Origin: a virus
Taxonomy: Duplodnaviria; Caudoviricetes
Reading direction: 5' to 3' (one strand)
Virus record (IMG/VR): IMGVR_UViG_3300025740_000004
Location: 28,375 to 92,374 of that record
Length of the DNA stretch: 64,000 nt
Shown here: positions 49,457 to 58,640 of the stretch, in pieces
How the letters are laid out: each line of letters starts with the position of its first letter
Position numbering within the stretch: position 1 is the stretch's first letter
Program-made: the position numbers and the translations under genes
Notes under the pieces: generated by a model
Database searches by the model: none
What the model saw: the letters and a program-made list of their open reading frames with translations, nothing else
Told to the model about the DNA's origin: nothing

Positions 49457-49695
49457 TTAATATTTTGTTACTATTATTTTCTACAAATTGTGATTCTCTA
49501 AATTCTGAGATTTATAATTTTTCTAGAAAGTTAAAAGAAGTAGAGTTTTGTAAATGTGTTTCTAGAAAGAGTTTTGTAAGTTCTGTAAAGATTCCAAAAC
49601 TTTCTTCTGACGATAAAGAAAATTGTTCTATGTTATTAAATGATATAGAAGGACTTACAGAAAAATACAAACAAATTAAAAAGGAATTAAAATGA
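49453..49695 (+). CDS. Hypothetical protein with short hydrophobic N-terminus
   Basis: AAGGA RBS; MINILLLLFS. Confidence 0.6.
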   Translation: MINILLLLFSTNCDSLNSEIYNFSRKLKEVEFCKCVSRKSFVSSVKIPKLSSDDKENCSMLLNDIEGLTEKYKQIKKELK

Positions 49696-50130
49696 ATGAT
49701 TCTAGATATGATATTTTTAAAAAATATAAATTCACTAGTGATGGAACTTGGTTTGTAGAAGGAACTGATGTGTTTTTAGATTTTTTTTCATCCTAATGTT
49801 TTAGTTCCATATGGTATTAGACAAAATGAAAATGACTTTAAAGGTTGTGTCGTTGGTGATTATAGATTTGATGAAGAAAATTGCGGAACTGATGAATTTT
49901 ATATTAATGGTAAACCTTCTGAAGAATATACATTGGAAGAGTTAGATGAAATAGAAAAAGAATATAATGAAGCGATTTCTAAATTTACTAAAGAAGAGTT
50001 AAATGAATATGCTGAAAAGTTTCTTTCTGTTCAATTAGTCAATCTTAAATTTAAAAAGGTTGATGAAATTAGAAGAATTGATAAATTAATCTCGGAGAAA
50101 TGGAATGAAAAAGAAACTATTAAATTTTAA
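49692..50130 (+). pseudogene. Gene split by a T8 tract (frameshift)
   Basis: ATG 49692 frame stops just after T8 (49781-88); T7 would join the open frame of ORF 49933..50130. Confidence 0.6.
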
Positions 50131-50542
50131 TGAACCACTTAAAGAAAATATTTCTGTTGGTGAAATTTTAGATATTATAAATCAAAGATATGGAAAAGTT
50201 AATCTATATGAATGTCAATTTTATATAGATGATCCAAATTATGATTATGATGAATACTCTACTTTACATTTAAAAATTCAAAGAGAAGAAACTGATGAAG
50301 AGTTTAATAAAAGATGTAAAAAGTCTAAGAAGAAATATAAACCAACATTAGAAGATTTGAAGAAAGAGTTTGGAGATTTTAATCATTTTAACTCAGATGT
50401 TGTAGAATCATTTCAAGCATTATATAATCTAAAAATGAAATCTAAAGATGATCCTAATTATATAAAGAATGTTTTAATCAACGCTGGAATCATAAATGAA
50501 GAAGGAAATTTAACAGAACATTATAGGAATGAAAATACTTGA
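50105..50542 (+). CDS. Hypothetical protein
   Basis: GGAG RBS; REETDEEF motif. Confidence 0.7.
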   Translation: MKKKLLNFNEPLKENISVGEILDIINQRYGKVNLYECQFYIDDPNYDYDEYSTLHLKIQREETDEEFNKRCKKSKKKYKPTLEDLKKEFGDFNHFNSDVVESFQALYNLKMKSKDDPNYIKNVLINAGIINEEGNLTEHYRNENT

Positions 50543-50554
50543 ATAAATAATTTC

Positions 50555-51394
50555 ATGCGATTTAAAACATTTTATTTAAAAGAAGTTGTTTCTCCAGAAA
50601 AGCCAAAAAAAGTATATTCAAAAAGCGTAATTAAAAACGCTGGGACAAATACCGCACATAAACTTAGATATAAAGAATTCGTAACAAAAAACGGAAATAA
50701 AGTTTATGTTACATTTAAAGATACTTTTGATGATGGTATTAAAATAGATTTTCAAGTAAATGATTCTTTTGATGATTCTAATTTAAACGATGTGAATGTA
50801 TTAAAAAATGTTTTATATGTTGTTTTAAGAGAAGTTAATAAAAAGAAATATAAAAGAATCGAATTGAATCCAAAACATAGATCAGATTTAAATAGAAATA
50901 ATAAACATATTAGATTTGATTTATTTAGAAAGTTGATTAATAAAAATCTTAATGATTATTCGGAATATTATGTTGATCGTTCTGATTATGGCGAATCAGA
51001 TCATATTTTATTAGTAAGAAAAGAAGATATAAAAGAATCTGAAGAAAGAACTCATGGAAAACTTTTATCCGAATTAAAACCTTCTTTGAAAACAGTTATG
51101 ATTTTTAGAGCAAGAGATTCTAAAGGTGATGAATTTGATTCTAAAGATTATGTAACATTGTCTTCAAAATTTGCTCTAGAACATGCTGAATCAAATCATG
51201 TATATAATGATGAACAATATATTGTAATAAGAGCGATAGTTCCTACAAATCAATTAGCAGAAGCATCAAATCCTGGAGAATGGTTTTATATAGGTCCGAA
51301 AATTCATGGTGATGTCGTTTATAAATCTCTTGGTCCAGATGATTATGAAGGGAAAATAATTGATTTAAAATTTGCTAGGAAATTAAAATTATGA
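50555..51394 (+). CDS. Two-domain late protein, leader MRFKTFYLKE, C-terminal ART-like domain
   Basis: ATAAATA upstream; internal IKES; IFRA..YVTLS..A..HA..GEWFY. Confidence 0.65.
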   Translation: MRFKTFYLKEVVSPEKPKKVYSKSVIKNAGTNTAHKLRYKEFVTKNGNKVYVTFKDTFDDGIKIDFQVNDSFDDSNLNDVNVLKNVLYVVLREVNKKKYKRIELNPKHRSDLNRNNKHIRFDLFRKLINKNLNDYSEYYVDRSDYGESDHILLVRKEDIKESEERTHGKLLSELKPSLKTVMIFRARDSKGDEFDSKDYVTLSSKFALEHAESNHVYNDEQYIVIRAIVPTNQLAEASNPGEWFYIGPKIHGDVVYKSLGPDDYEGKIIDLKFARKLKL

Positions 51395-51811
51395 GATTTA
51401 AAACATTTTATTTGAAAGAGAATATTAAATTTTTTTCGAAAACTACATTAGATTTTGTGAAGGATCTTGGATATTCTAAATCCATCACTCCAAGAAATAC
51501 AATAATCGTTTATCATGGAACTTCAAAAAAGAATGCAGATAACATTTTAAAAACTGGAAAATTTAAAGGACATCCGTGGTTTGCGTTGGATAAATCAATT
51601 GCTGAAAAATATGCTACTTCTCATGGTGGAAAGAATAATACAATTTTGACTTTAGAAATCGATCCATCATCAGTTCTTCCAGTAGCTGGTTCATATTTAT
51701 CTGCTAGAATGGAAGGACTAACAATTCATGGAAAAGATTCTAATAATAATGTTTGGCATCTTCCGAATGAGGAATTAAAATTATGAGATTTAAAGAATTT
51801 TATTTGAAAGA
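51381..51811 (+). repeat. 39-bp junction repeat (51381-51419 / 51773-51811; partial copy 50555-50583)
   Basis: AATTAAAATTATGAGATTTAAA(AC/GA)ATTTTATTTGAAAGA, 37/39 identical. Confidence 0.95.
51391..51786 (+). CDS. ART-like late protein, leader MRFKTFYLKE
   Basis: VYHGTS..NA..I...G, WFA...A..YA. Confidence 0.7.
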   Translation: MRFKTFYLKENIKFFSKTTLDFVKDLGYSKSITPRNTIIVYHGTSKKNADNILKTGKFKGHPWFALDKSIAEKYATSHGGKNNTILTLEIDPSSVLPVAGSYLSARMEGLTIHGKDSNNNVWHLPNEELKL

Positions 51812-52364
51812 AGCATCTGGTCAAAATTTAATAATTGTTGATATACAACCTTCTTATAAAAAGGCTATTAAATTTTCTATAGAATCTTTTTGTGATCATT
51901 TAATTGAAGAAGATTATACTAAGATTCTATATTTATATAATGGACCAGATTTGGGTATGGAAAATTCTGATGATATAATGGATTTTCTTATTGAAGATGG
52001 TTTAGATTATGATGAAGAAAAAGTTGAACAAATGCCTCATATGACATTTTATGAAAAAGGATATGCATTTTATAGGGATATGATGGATTCTGGTTATGAT
52101 TATAAAGACATTGTAAAACTTATTAAATATATGTTAAGTAAAAATTATAATACGTCTGAAGATTTAGAAGAAGATGAATGGAAGACCTTAAAAATTGAAG
52201 ACCCTGCACCTAATAGAATTTTTATACCAGATGTTCTAGATATGCTTAAAAAATATAATAATATTGTTTTGTGTGGTGGAAAGAATGAATGTTTAGCAGA
52301 GATTGAAATTTGTTTAGATGTTCTTGACAAACCATACACATTATTAAATAAGTTTGTTTATTAG
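51783..52364 (+). CDS. Isochorismatase/cysteine-hydrolase-like late protein, leader MRFKEFYLKE
   Basis: LIIVDIQP..EKG..LCGGKNECL (D/K/C triad pattern). Confidence 0.65.
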   Translation: MRFKEFYLKEASGQNLIIVDIQPSYKKAIKFSIESFCDHLIEEDYTKILYLYNGPDLGMENSDDIMDFLIEDGLDYDEEKVEQMPHMTFYEKGYAFYRDMMDSGYDYKDIVKLIKYMLSKNYNTSEDLEEDEWKTLKIEDPAPNRIFIPDVLDMLKKYNNIVLCGGKNECLAEIEICLDVLDKPYTLLNKFVY

Positions 52365-52403
52365 TCGTTATATAAATACTTGAAACCTTAAAGGAAATAA
52401 ACT

Positions 52404-53075
52404 ATGTCAGAATTTAGAAATTATGTAGAAGATACTATGTTATTTGAATCTTATGTTGGAGAAGTTGAATCTAAAGAAGATTTTCAAGAACTTCTAACAG
52501 TTTTAACAGAATGTGAAGAAAGACTTGATGAATTTCTTGGTCTAGGAAAAGTTGGATCCGCTCTTAAGAAGCTTTCTGATAAAGGTGATAAGAAAGCCGA
52601 AGAGGTCAAGAAGGCCACTAAGGAGACTGTAGAGAAGGGTAAAGATGTGGTCAAGGGAATGGCTAAAGATGCTGTAGACGCTGTTAAAAGGGATGCTAAA
52701 GAAGTTGCGCAGAGTCATAAAGAGATTGCTGTAGCTGTTGGAAAGAAAACATCTGAACTCGCGAAAGAAGCTAAAGATAAGTTCGTAAAAGTTTCTGCTC
52801 AAGGTCGAGATGCTTTAAAGAAGATTTTCAAAAATATTAAAGATGCTAGTGAAGATCAGAAGAAAGTATTAGCAGAACTCGAACCATTGTTTATGAAAAT
52901 TGATGATGGAAAGAAGTCTGTAAGCGGTAGTGAAGGAATTAAAATTTTGGCGGCAATCCTCGGAATGGGACCAGATGGACAAACTCCTTCTTACAAAAAC
53001 TATACTAAGAAACTTGAAATGCTTCGTACTACTCCTATGTTAAGTTCTTTCAAGATTTCTGTAAAAAAGATTTAA
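52404..53075 (+). CDS. Ala/Lys-rich helical late protein (probably abundant)
   Basis: TATAAATA box, AAGGA RBS, LFES and LDEF sites. Confidence 0.75.
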   Translation: MSEFRNYVEDTMLFESYVGEVESKEDFQELLTVLTECEERLDEFLGLGKVGSALKKLSDKGDKKAEEVKKATKETVEKGKDVVKGMAKDAVDAVKRDAKEVAQSHKEIAVAVGKKTSELAKEAKDKFVKVSAQGRDALKKIFKNIKDASEDQKKVLAELEPLFMKIDDGKKSVSGSEGIKILAAILGMGPDGQTPSYKNYTKKLEMLRTTPMLSSFKISVKKI

Positions 53076-53096
53076 AAATTTCATAAAACTCTTTCA

Positions 53097-53135
53097 AAAT
53101 GCTAATTGATTAATCTCTTTTAGCATTTTCTTTTT
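53097..53135 (+). terminator. Intrinsic terminator
   Basis: AAAATGCTAA/TTAGCATTTT stem plus T-tract. Confidence 0.6.
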
Positions 53136-53149
53136 GGATAAATACTCAT

Positions 53150-54478
53150 ATGATAAACGAAAATTTACTAAACATTGCAGATCATTATTTAACAGAAGCT
53201 TCAAATACTTATTTAACAGTTTTGAATCAATATTATAATAAAAAGACTGGAAATAATTATCCAAATCCAGATGAATCTAGAGAAGATCTTCAGCAAAAAG
53301 TTGTAGATATTGCTTCCGAAATGAATCTAGATGTTCCTGGAAAAGATCTTAGAACAAAAGCTAATAATGCTAATCGATTAATCTTAGCAAATTTAAAAAA
53401 TGTAAAACCAGATACTGAAAAGAAAACTGGTCCAAAAACTTCTATCACTACAACTGGAACAGATACTGAAGAAGCACCTAATGATATAGAACAAAAGAAA
53501 TTCCCTAAGTATGATGAGTTTAGAAAAAAATGGTATGCCACAACAGTTTCTATGGGTTGGCCTAAAGATTTAAAAGTTCCAGATGTAAATGATAGTCTTT
53601 CTGAAAAAGGTATTATATATCCTTGGAGTAGTGTTACAAAATCTGCTTATCCATTTAATAAGAGAGGAAAAGGTGTAGTAACTTTTAGAAACTATACCAA
53701 AAAAATTCAAGATTATTTGTATACTAAATTTGAAAATGATCTTCCAGGATTAAAGAGATTATTAGAAAAGGTTGAATCTATTGTAGAAGTTGAGAAACAA
53801 TTTTTAAAAAAGAAACCTACAAATTTCGTCGGAACTCTTTTATTGAATATGTTTAAAGGAATTGGTGGAACTGAAAAGGATGAAGCTATTTTAAAATGGT
53901 TAGGTCAAAAGTCTACTGGAATGACTGTATTTGAATATCAGAAATATATTTTAGAAGAGATGTTAACAAAAATGTCTGTAGGTGATGATGTATCTAAAAC
54001 ATTAAAACTTATTCTATTTCCTTTATATAAACAGATTAAGAATACTTGTGAGAAATATTTTATTATAGAACCTGTTAAATTTGAAGATAGAAATTTCCAC
54101 GACAACGAATACCAAGCATATTTTAATGTAAAGGTTCGTCCTGGTACAAAATCTCAACAATACTCTATGGCTTATTCTCCTTTCGTATTTGTTTTAGAGA
54201 ATAATGTTTTACCACTCCTTGAAGGAAAAGGTATAGGATCTAAGTCTGGAAGAAAGTTAGAATCAGATGTAGATGTAGATGATGTAAAAGGGTTAATAAA
54301 ATCTTTAAAGAATACTACAGAAGATGAAGCATTAAAGAAAATAAATAAATCTCCAGATATAGAATTGGTTTATGATGCTTTAGATGATCAAGATAAAGTT
54401 ATAGGAAAATATTTTATAGAGTTTGGATATTTTAATAAAGGTTGTAAGATAACTGTTGGATATCGTTCGGAGAAATAA
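53150..54478 (+). CDS. Large late protein, leader ending YLTEA
   Basis: ATAAATA 5 nt before ATG. Confidence 0.75.
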   Translation: MINENLLNIADHYLTEASNTYLTVLNQYYNKKTGNNYPNPDESREDLQQKVVDIASEMNLDVPGKDLRTKANNANRLILANLKNVKPDTEKKTGPKTSITTTGTDTEEAPNDIEQKKFPKYDEFRKKWYATTVSMGWPKDLKVPDVNDSLSEKGIIYPWSSVTKSAYPFNKRGKGVVTFRNYTKKIQDYLYTKFENDLPGLKRLLEKVESIVEVEKQFLKKKPTNFVGTLLLNMFKGIGGTEKDEAILKWLGQKSTGMTVFEYQKYILEEMLTKMSVGDDVSKTLKLILFPLYKQIKNTCEKYFIIEPVKFEDRNFHDNEYQAYFNVKVRPGTKSQQYSMAYSPFVFVLENNVLPLLEGKGIGSKSGRKLESDVDVDDVKGLIKSLKNTTEDEALKKINKSPDIELVYDALDDQDKVIGKYFIEFGYFNKGCKITVGYRSEK

Positions 54479-54479
54479 T

Positions 54480-54698
54480 ATGTCAAAATATAATAATGCA
54501 TTACAAGAAGCAAGAAGACTTTTAGGAGAAACTGAAATTCAAGAAGAAGTGTCTCCACAAATTCAAAGTCTATTAAATCAAAAAGCTAGTTTACAAAAGA
54601 GAATAGATAATTTAGATAAACAAAGAAAGCCATTAATTCTTCAAATGCAAGAAATTAATAAAAAACTTACTATGTTAAATCAAGATATCAACGCTTAA
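54480..54698 (+). CDS. Small coiled-coil late protein
   Basis: GGAG RBS; MSKYNNALQEA. Confidence 0.65.
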   Translation: MSKYNNALQEARRLLGETEIQEEVSPQIQSLLNQKASLQKRIDNLDKQRKPLILQMQEINKKLTMLNQDINA

Positions 54699-54745
54699 CT
54701 TGAAATTAAATTTTTGAAGACTATTTTAATTTTGAGCTTGTGAGA

Positions 54746-54793
54746 AATTAAATTTATAAAATCCTTGACAATCTAAATTAAAGATGCTATCAT
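54746..54793 (+). promoter_or_regulatory. Phage sigma70-type promoter (family copy)
   Basis: AATTAAATTTATAAA..TTGACA-17-TATCAT. Confidence 0.8.
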
Positions 54794-54811
54794 AGAATAA
54801 GTGAGGAACCT

Positions 54812-55735
54812 ATGATAAGTCATTTTAACGAAAACTTTACAAAAGAATATTATAACAAAAATCCTAATTACATTTTACATAACTTTGATGAGAATATGAG
54901 AAATGTTTTAGAGAATGGATTTCAGTTAAATGATAGGACTGGAGTTGGATGTAAATTTCTTCCAGGGATTTTGACCACAGTAGATGTTTCTAAAAGAGTT
55001 CCTGTCCCGACCAGAAGAAAAACTGCTTGGAAATCTATGTTGAAAGAATATCTTTGGTTTATTTCTGGTTCTAATAATATAAAAGATTTGAATAAAATGG
55101 GATCTAAGGTTTGGGATTTTTGGAGAGATGATGAATGGTCTTTAAAAAATGGATTTGAAGAAGGTTCTATAGGATATGGTTATGGCACAAATTTAATTAA
55201 TTATGGTTGCGATTTAAATGATATGGAAAATAATCCTGGATTTAATCAATTAGACTATGTGATAAACGAATTGAAGAATAACAAAAACTCTAGAAGAATT
55301 TTATTTAATTTTTATAGGCCAGATAAGTCCGGGAAAAATGATACTATATTACCACCTTGTCATAATCAATATCAATTTATTCCAGAACCTGATTCAAATG
55401 GGATTTTATCAAACCTGTCAGTATGTGTAACCCAAAGATCTTCTGATAGCTTTGTCGGAAACTTATCTACAAACCTTCAAGGTGCTGCGTTTTTACTTTA
55501 TATGATTTGTCAACAAGTAGATATGAAACCAAGTAAAGTATTTCATTTCTCTGGAAACTTTCATGTATATAATAATCACGAAAGTTCTTTAAGAGAATAT
55601 TTGAATAGAGATTGTCCAGATTCGCCTATATTAAAATTGAATCCCAAAAACTCTATCTATGATTATACCGCAGATGATTTTGAATTGATTGAATATAACC
55701 CTTTAGAAAAAATGAAATTGGAGATCGCTGTATGA
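54812..55735 (+). CDS. td: Thymidylate synthase (ThyA type)
   Basis: DRTGVG, EYLWF, SRR, LPPCH, QRSSD...N, H.Y.NH. Confidence 0.92.
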   Translation: MISHFNENFTKEYYNKNPNYILHNFDENMRNVLENGFQLNDRTGVGCKFLPGILTTVDVSKRVPVPTRRKTAWKSMLKEYLWFISGSNNIKDLNKMGSKVWDFWRDDEWSLKNGFEEGSIGYGYGTNLINYGCDLNDMENNPGFNQLDYVINELKNNKNSRRILFNFYRPDKSGKNDTILPPCHNQYQFIPEPDSNGILSNLSVCVTQRSSDSFVGNLSTNLQGAAFLLYMICQQVDMKPSKVFHFSGNFHVYNNHESSLREYLNRDCPDSPILKLNPKNSIYDYTADDFELIEYNPLEKMKLEIAV

Positions 55736-56235
55736 TAACACTAATTGCGGCAACTGATAGAAATAATTTAATTGGAGATAATGGAAAGTTACCTTGGAAA
55801 GTTCCGGAAGATATGGCATTTTTTAAGAAAATTACTTCAGGAAATATTGTAGTTCTTGGAAGAAAAACTTATATATCTATAGGAAAACCTTTAACAAATA
55901 GAATTAATGTTTTAATTTCTGAAAGTATTTTAAAAACGTTAGATACTACAAAACCTTTATCAGATTATGAAAATGATATTGTAGTAATAAACTCTTTTGA
56001 AGATATGTTAAATCCATATTTCAATTGTAAGAAAGATATTTTCATAATTGGAGGAAGATCGATTTATAGACAATCCTTAGAAAAATCTATTCCAGAAAAG
56101 TTATTAATTTCAAGAATAGATGATGAGTATGAAGGGAATGAATACTTTCCAGAGATTCCTAAAAATTATAAGTTAGTCCAAAAGTTTAGAATTTCACCAA
56201 GAATTTTAGTAGATGAATATAGGAGAATAAAATGA
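55732..56235 (+). CDS. frd: Dihydrofolate reductase
   Basis: IG..GKLPW..PED..FF, GRKTY, PL.NR, IIGG. Confidence 0.93.
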   Translation: MITLIAATDRNNLIGDNGKLPWKVPEDMAFFKKITSGNIVVLGRKTYISIGKPLTNRINVLISESILKTLDTTKPLSDYENDIVVINSFEDMLNPYFNCKKDIFIIGGRSIYRQSLEKSIPEKLLISRIDDEYEGNEYFPEIPKNYKLVQKFRISPRILVDEYRRIK

Positions 56236-56570
56236 GAGAAGAATTTTTAACATACAAATATAAGATAGATAATATCATAAGAGAATTAGAAAGACATATC
56301 AAAACAAACATTAAACATTATTATAAATTTCAAGTAAATGATGTTTTAGTAGATGTTGTTTCTGAAAATATGTATAAAGTTTTAGAAATTAAAGTAGATG
56401 TTTCAAATTTTTATAATGGAGATGTAGATATTTTTGCAAAGTTAGAAAGTCATTCTGATTATAGTATCATTTACGATAAGGTTATTTTTAATAGACTATG
56501 CACATTAAAAGATTTCCAAACTAAGAATGAAAATTATATAAAGTGTTTGGAGAGTCTTAATGAAGTTTGA
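56232..56570 (+). CDS. Hypothetical protein
   Basis: AGGAG RBS. Confidence 0.7.
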   Translation: MREEFLTYKYKIDNIIRELERHIKTNIKHYYKFQVNDVLVDVVSENMYKVLEIKVDVSNFYNGDVDIFAKLESHSDYSIIYDKVIFNRLCTLKDFQTKNENYIKCLESLNEV

Positions 56571-56835
56571 AGAAGAATTAAAGAAATATTCTATAGAAAA
56601 GATTCGAGAAGTTCCTAAGAAAATTTGTGAACTCTTGATTATAAACTCTTTAGAATATACAATTTTAGAAAAAGAATCAAAAGATGTTTTAGATACTGCG
56701 TTGATAAATTTTAAAAAGTCTAAAGATTATGTAGGATTTTATAAGAAAGATGAATTTAGAATCTATGTAAAATCTTCTTGGCTTTCTAAAACTGTTTGTG
56801 AAAGAAGAATAATAGATTTTTTAAAAGGAGTGTAG
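56560..56835 (+). CDS. Hypothetical protein
   Basis: Operon packing. Confidence 0.65.
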   Translation: MKFEEELKKYSIEKIREVPKKICELLIINSLEYTILEKESKDVLDTALINFKKSKDYVGFYKKDEFRIYVKSSWLSKTVCERRIIDFLKGV

Positions 56836-57141
56836 ATGAATAATCGCAGAGAATCTATGTATCATTATTATAAAAAATATTATTCGAGATTTAAATATGA
56901 TCATAAAAAATCTCACAAAGTATTTTTAGAAGATATATTTATGTTCTCGTTGGAGGATAAAAATATAAACATATTAAATTCTTTGAAAGGTGTAGATAGA
57001 TTGAATTATGAACGAGACTTATTAGAACGGATTATATTTCCAATATCTGAAAAATATGAAGACTTAACTCTCGATGTTTATGAGAAAAAATGTTTATTTG
57101 TTTTAGCATTCGTGTATATTTTAAGTAAAACTAAAATTTAA
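56836..57141 (+). CDS. Hypothetical protein flanked by 16-bp RBS-start repeat
   Basis: AAAAGGAGTGTA(G/A)ATG at 56823 and 57141. Confidence 0.65.
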   Translation: MNNRRESMYHYYKKYYSRFKYDHKKSHKVFLEDIFMFSLEDKNINILNSLKGVDRLNYERDLLERIIFPISEKYEDLTLDVYEKKCLFVLAFVYILSKTKI

Positions 57142-57153
57142 AAAGGAGTGTAA

Positions 57154-57534
57154 ATGTTTTTAAATTTTTTGAAAAAAGATAAACCACAAGAACCAATTAT
57201 AGATAAGAAGGAAGAAGAAAGACGCATACGAGAAGAAAATGATAAACTCATTGGTGAAAAATGTAAAGAGCTACAGGAAATTATAGATTCTAGATTACCA
57301 TTTGAAAAGACATTTAAAATTGGTGATGTAGTAAAATATACAAAGATTCCAAATGATTTTAAAATGGGGGTTATTCAATTTCATCCACTTAGAATTAGAG
57401 TATATCCTTATTGGGGCTATGCAAAACCAGAACATTATTTTATAGATGAGTCTAGAATGGTTGTCGAATATTTTGATAATAATGGAAATATTCGACAAAT
57501 AAATGAAGAAACTAAGTGGTTTGAATCTGTATGA
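57154..57534 (+). CDS. Hypothetical protein
   Basis: AAGGAG RBS. Confidence 0.7.
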   Translation: MFLNFLKKDKPQEPIIDKKEEERRIREENDKLIGEKCKELQEIIDSRLPFEKTFKIGDVVKYTKIPNDFKMGVIQFHPLRIRVYPYWGYAKPEHYFIDESRMVVEYFDNNGNIRQINEETKWFESV

Positions 57535-58640
57535 AGAAAGGATTTAATCAAATAGCTTCAAACATTCCAGGATTTGGTTCTATAAATATTTTCTATAATG
57601 CTGGTGGAAAAGTTGAGAAAGAAGGCACTAGAGGAATTTCACATTTAGCAGAACATCTTTTATTCAAATCCGTAGACCACATAGATGAAAAATTATCTGC
57701 GTATGGAATAAAGTTTAATGCATTGACTTCCGAAGATTATGTATATTTTTATTTCAATGGTCTAAATGAAAGTCTTAAACTATTTGAAAATGATATTATT
57801 AAAATTCTTTCCTATATTCCTTCTAAAGAAGATTTTGAAAAGGAAAAGAAAATTGTTTTAAGCGAATATTCAAATGTATTTTCTAAACAAAACGCAATTT
57901 TTCCAAATATTTTAAGAAAATACTTTAATAGATTTGGTGCAATTGGTTATAAGAAAGATATAGAAGAAATTACTTATGAACAATTTTTAGATTTTATTTC
58001 TATTCATTTTAAACAACCTACATATATTTCTAGAATTGGTGAAACAGATTTTGAAGAATATTATAAAGCATTAGTTTATTCAGATTTTACTACAATAACT
58101 TATGAAGAAAAAGATTATGGAGAAGAGTTTTTAGAATTTAATACATCTTCAATTCATCCTCTTATTTCTCATTGGTTTACTACAGATCTTGAAACAAATC
58201 TTTTAGACTTTATTTCTTTATATCTTTCGAGCGGTTTATCATCACCTTTATATCAATCGTTAAGAGAGAAAAATGGATTGGTTTATTATGTAGGTGCTGA
58301 TACAATTTTTGATGGTAATATAAAACCTTTCTGCGTCTATTATGAATGTGAAAATAAGAATAAAAAAGATACTAAAAAAGTTGTAAAAGAATTATTTAAG
58401 AGCTTAGAATTAAATGAAGATAGATTTGAAAACATTAAGAAAATGATTGATGTTAAATTGAAGAAACAAAATATCTTTAATTTTGATACTACATTTAATA
58501 AAACAAATTTTGAAGATGTTGATTATGAACCTTTACAAAATTTGACATATGAAGAGTTTCAAAAAATCATGAAAAAGTTTTGTAAAGATTTTTTGAAGAA
58601 TGAGAAAATAGCTATCGCACAAAAAGGAATTAAAATATGA
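57531..58640 (+). CDS. M16 (inverzincin) zinc peptidase
   Basis: GISHLAEHLLFK, NA.TS, EK..V..E, SSPLYQSLREKNGLVYY. Confidence 0.9.
   Translation: MKKGFNQIASNIPGFGSINIFYNAGGKVEKEGTRGISHLAEHLLFKSVDHIDEKLSAYGIKFNALTSEDYVYFYFNGLNESLKLFENDIIKILSYIPSKEDFEKEKKIVLSEYSNVFSKQNAIFPNILRKYFNRFGAIGYKKDIEEITYEQFLDFISIHFKQPTYISRIGETDFEEYYKALVYSDFTTITYEEKDYGEEFLEFNTSSIHPLISHWFTTDLETNLLDFISLYLSSGLSSPLYQSLREKNGLVYYVGADTIFDGNIKPFCVYYECENKNKKDTKKVVKELFKSLELNEDRFENIKKMIDVKLKKQNIFNFDTTFNKTNFEDVDYEPLQNLTYEEFQKIMKKFCKDFLKNEKIAIAQKGIKI

Noticed and set aside
54812-55735. dCMP/dUMP hydroxymethylase for DNA hypermodification
   Set aside because: Keeps ThyA motifs including the dUMP-specifying Asn and is coupled to DHFR; ordinary thymidylate synthase is the simpler call.
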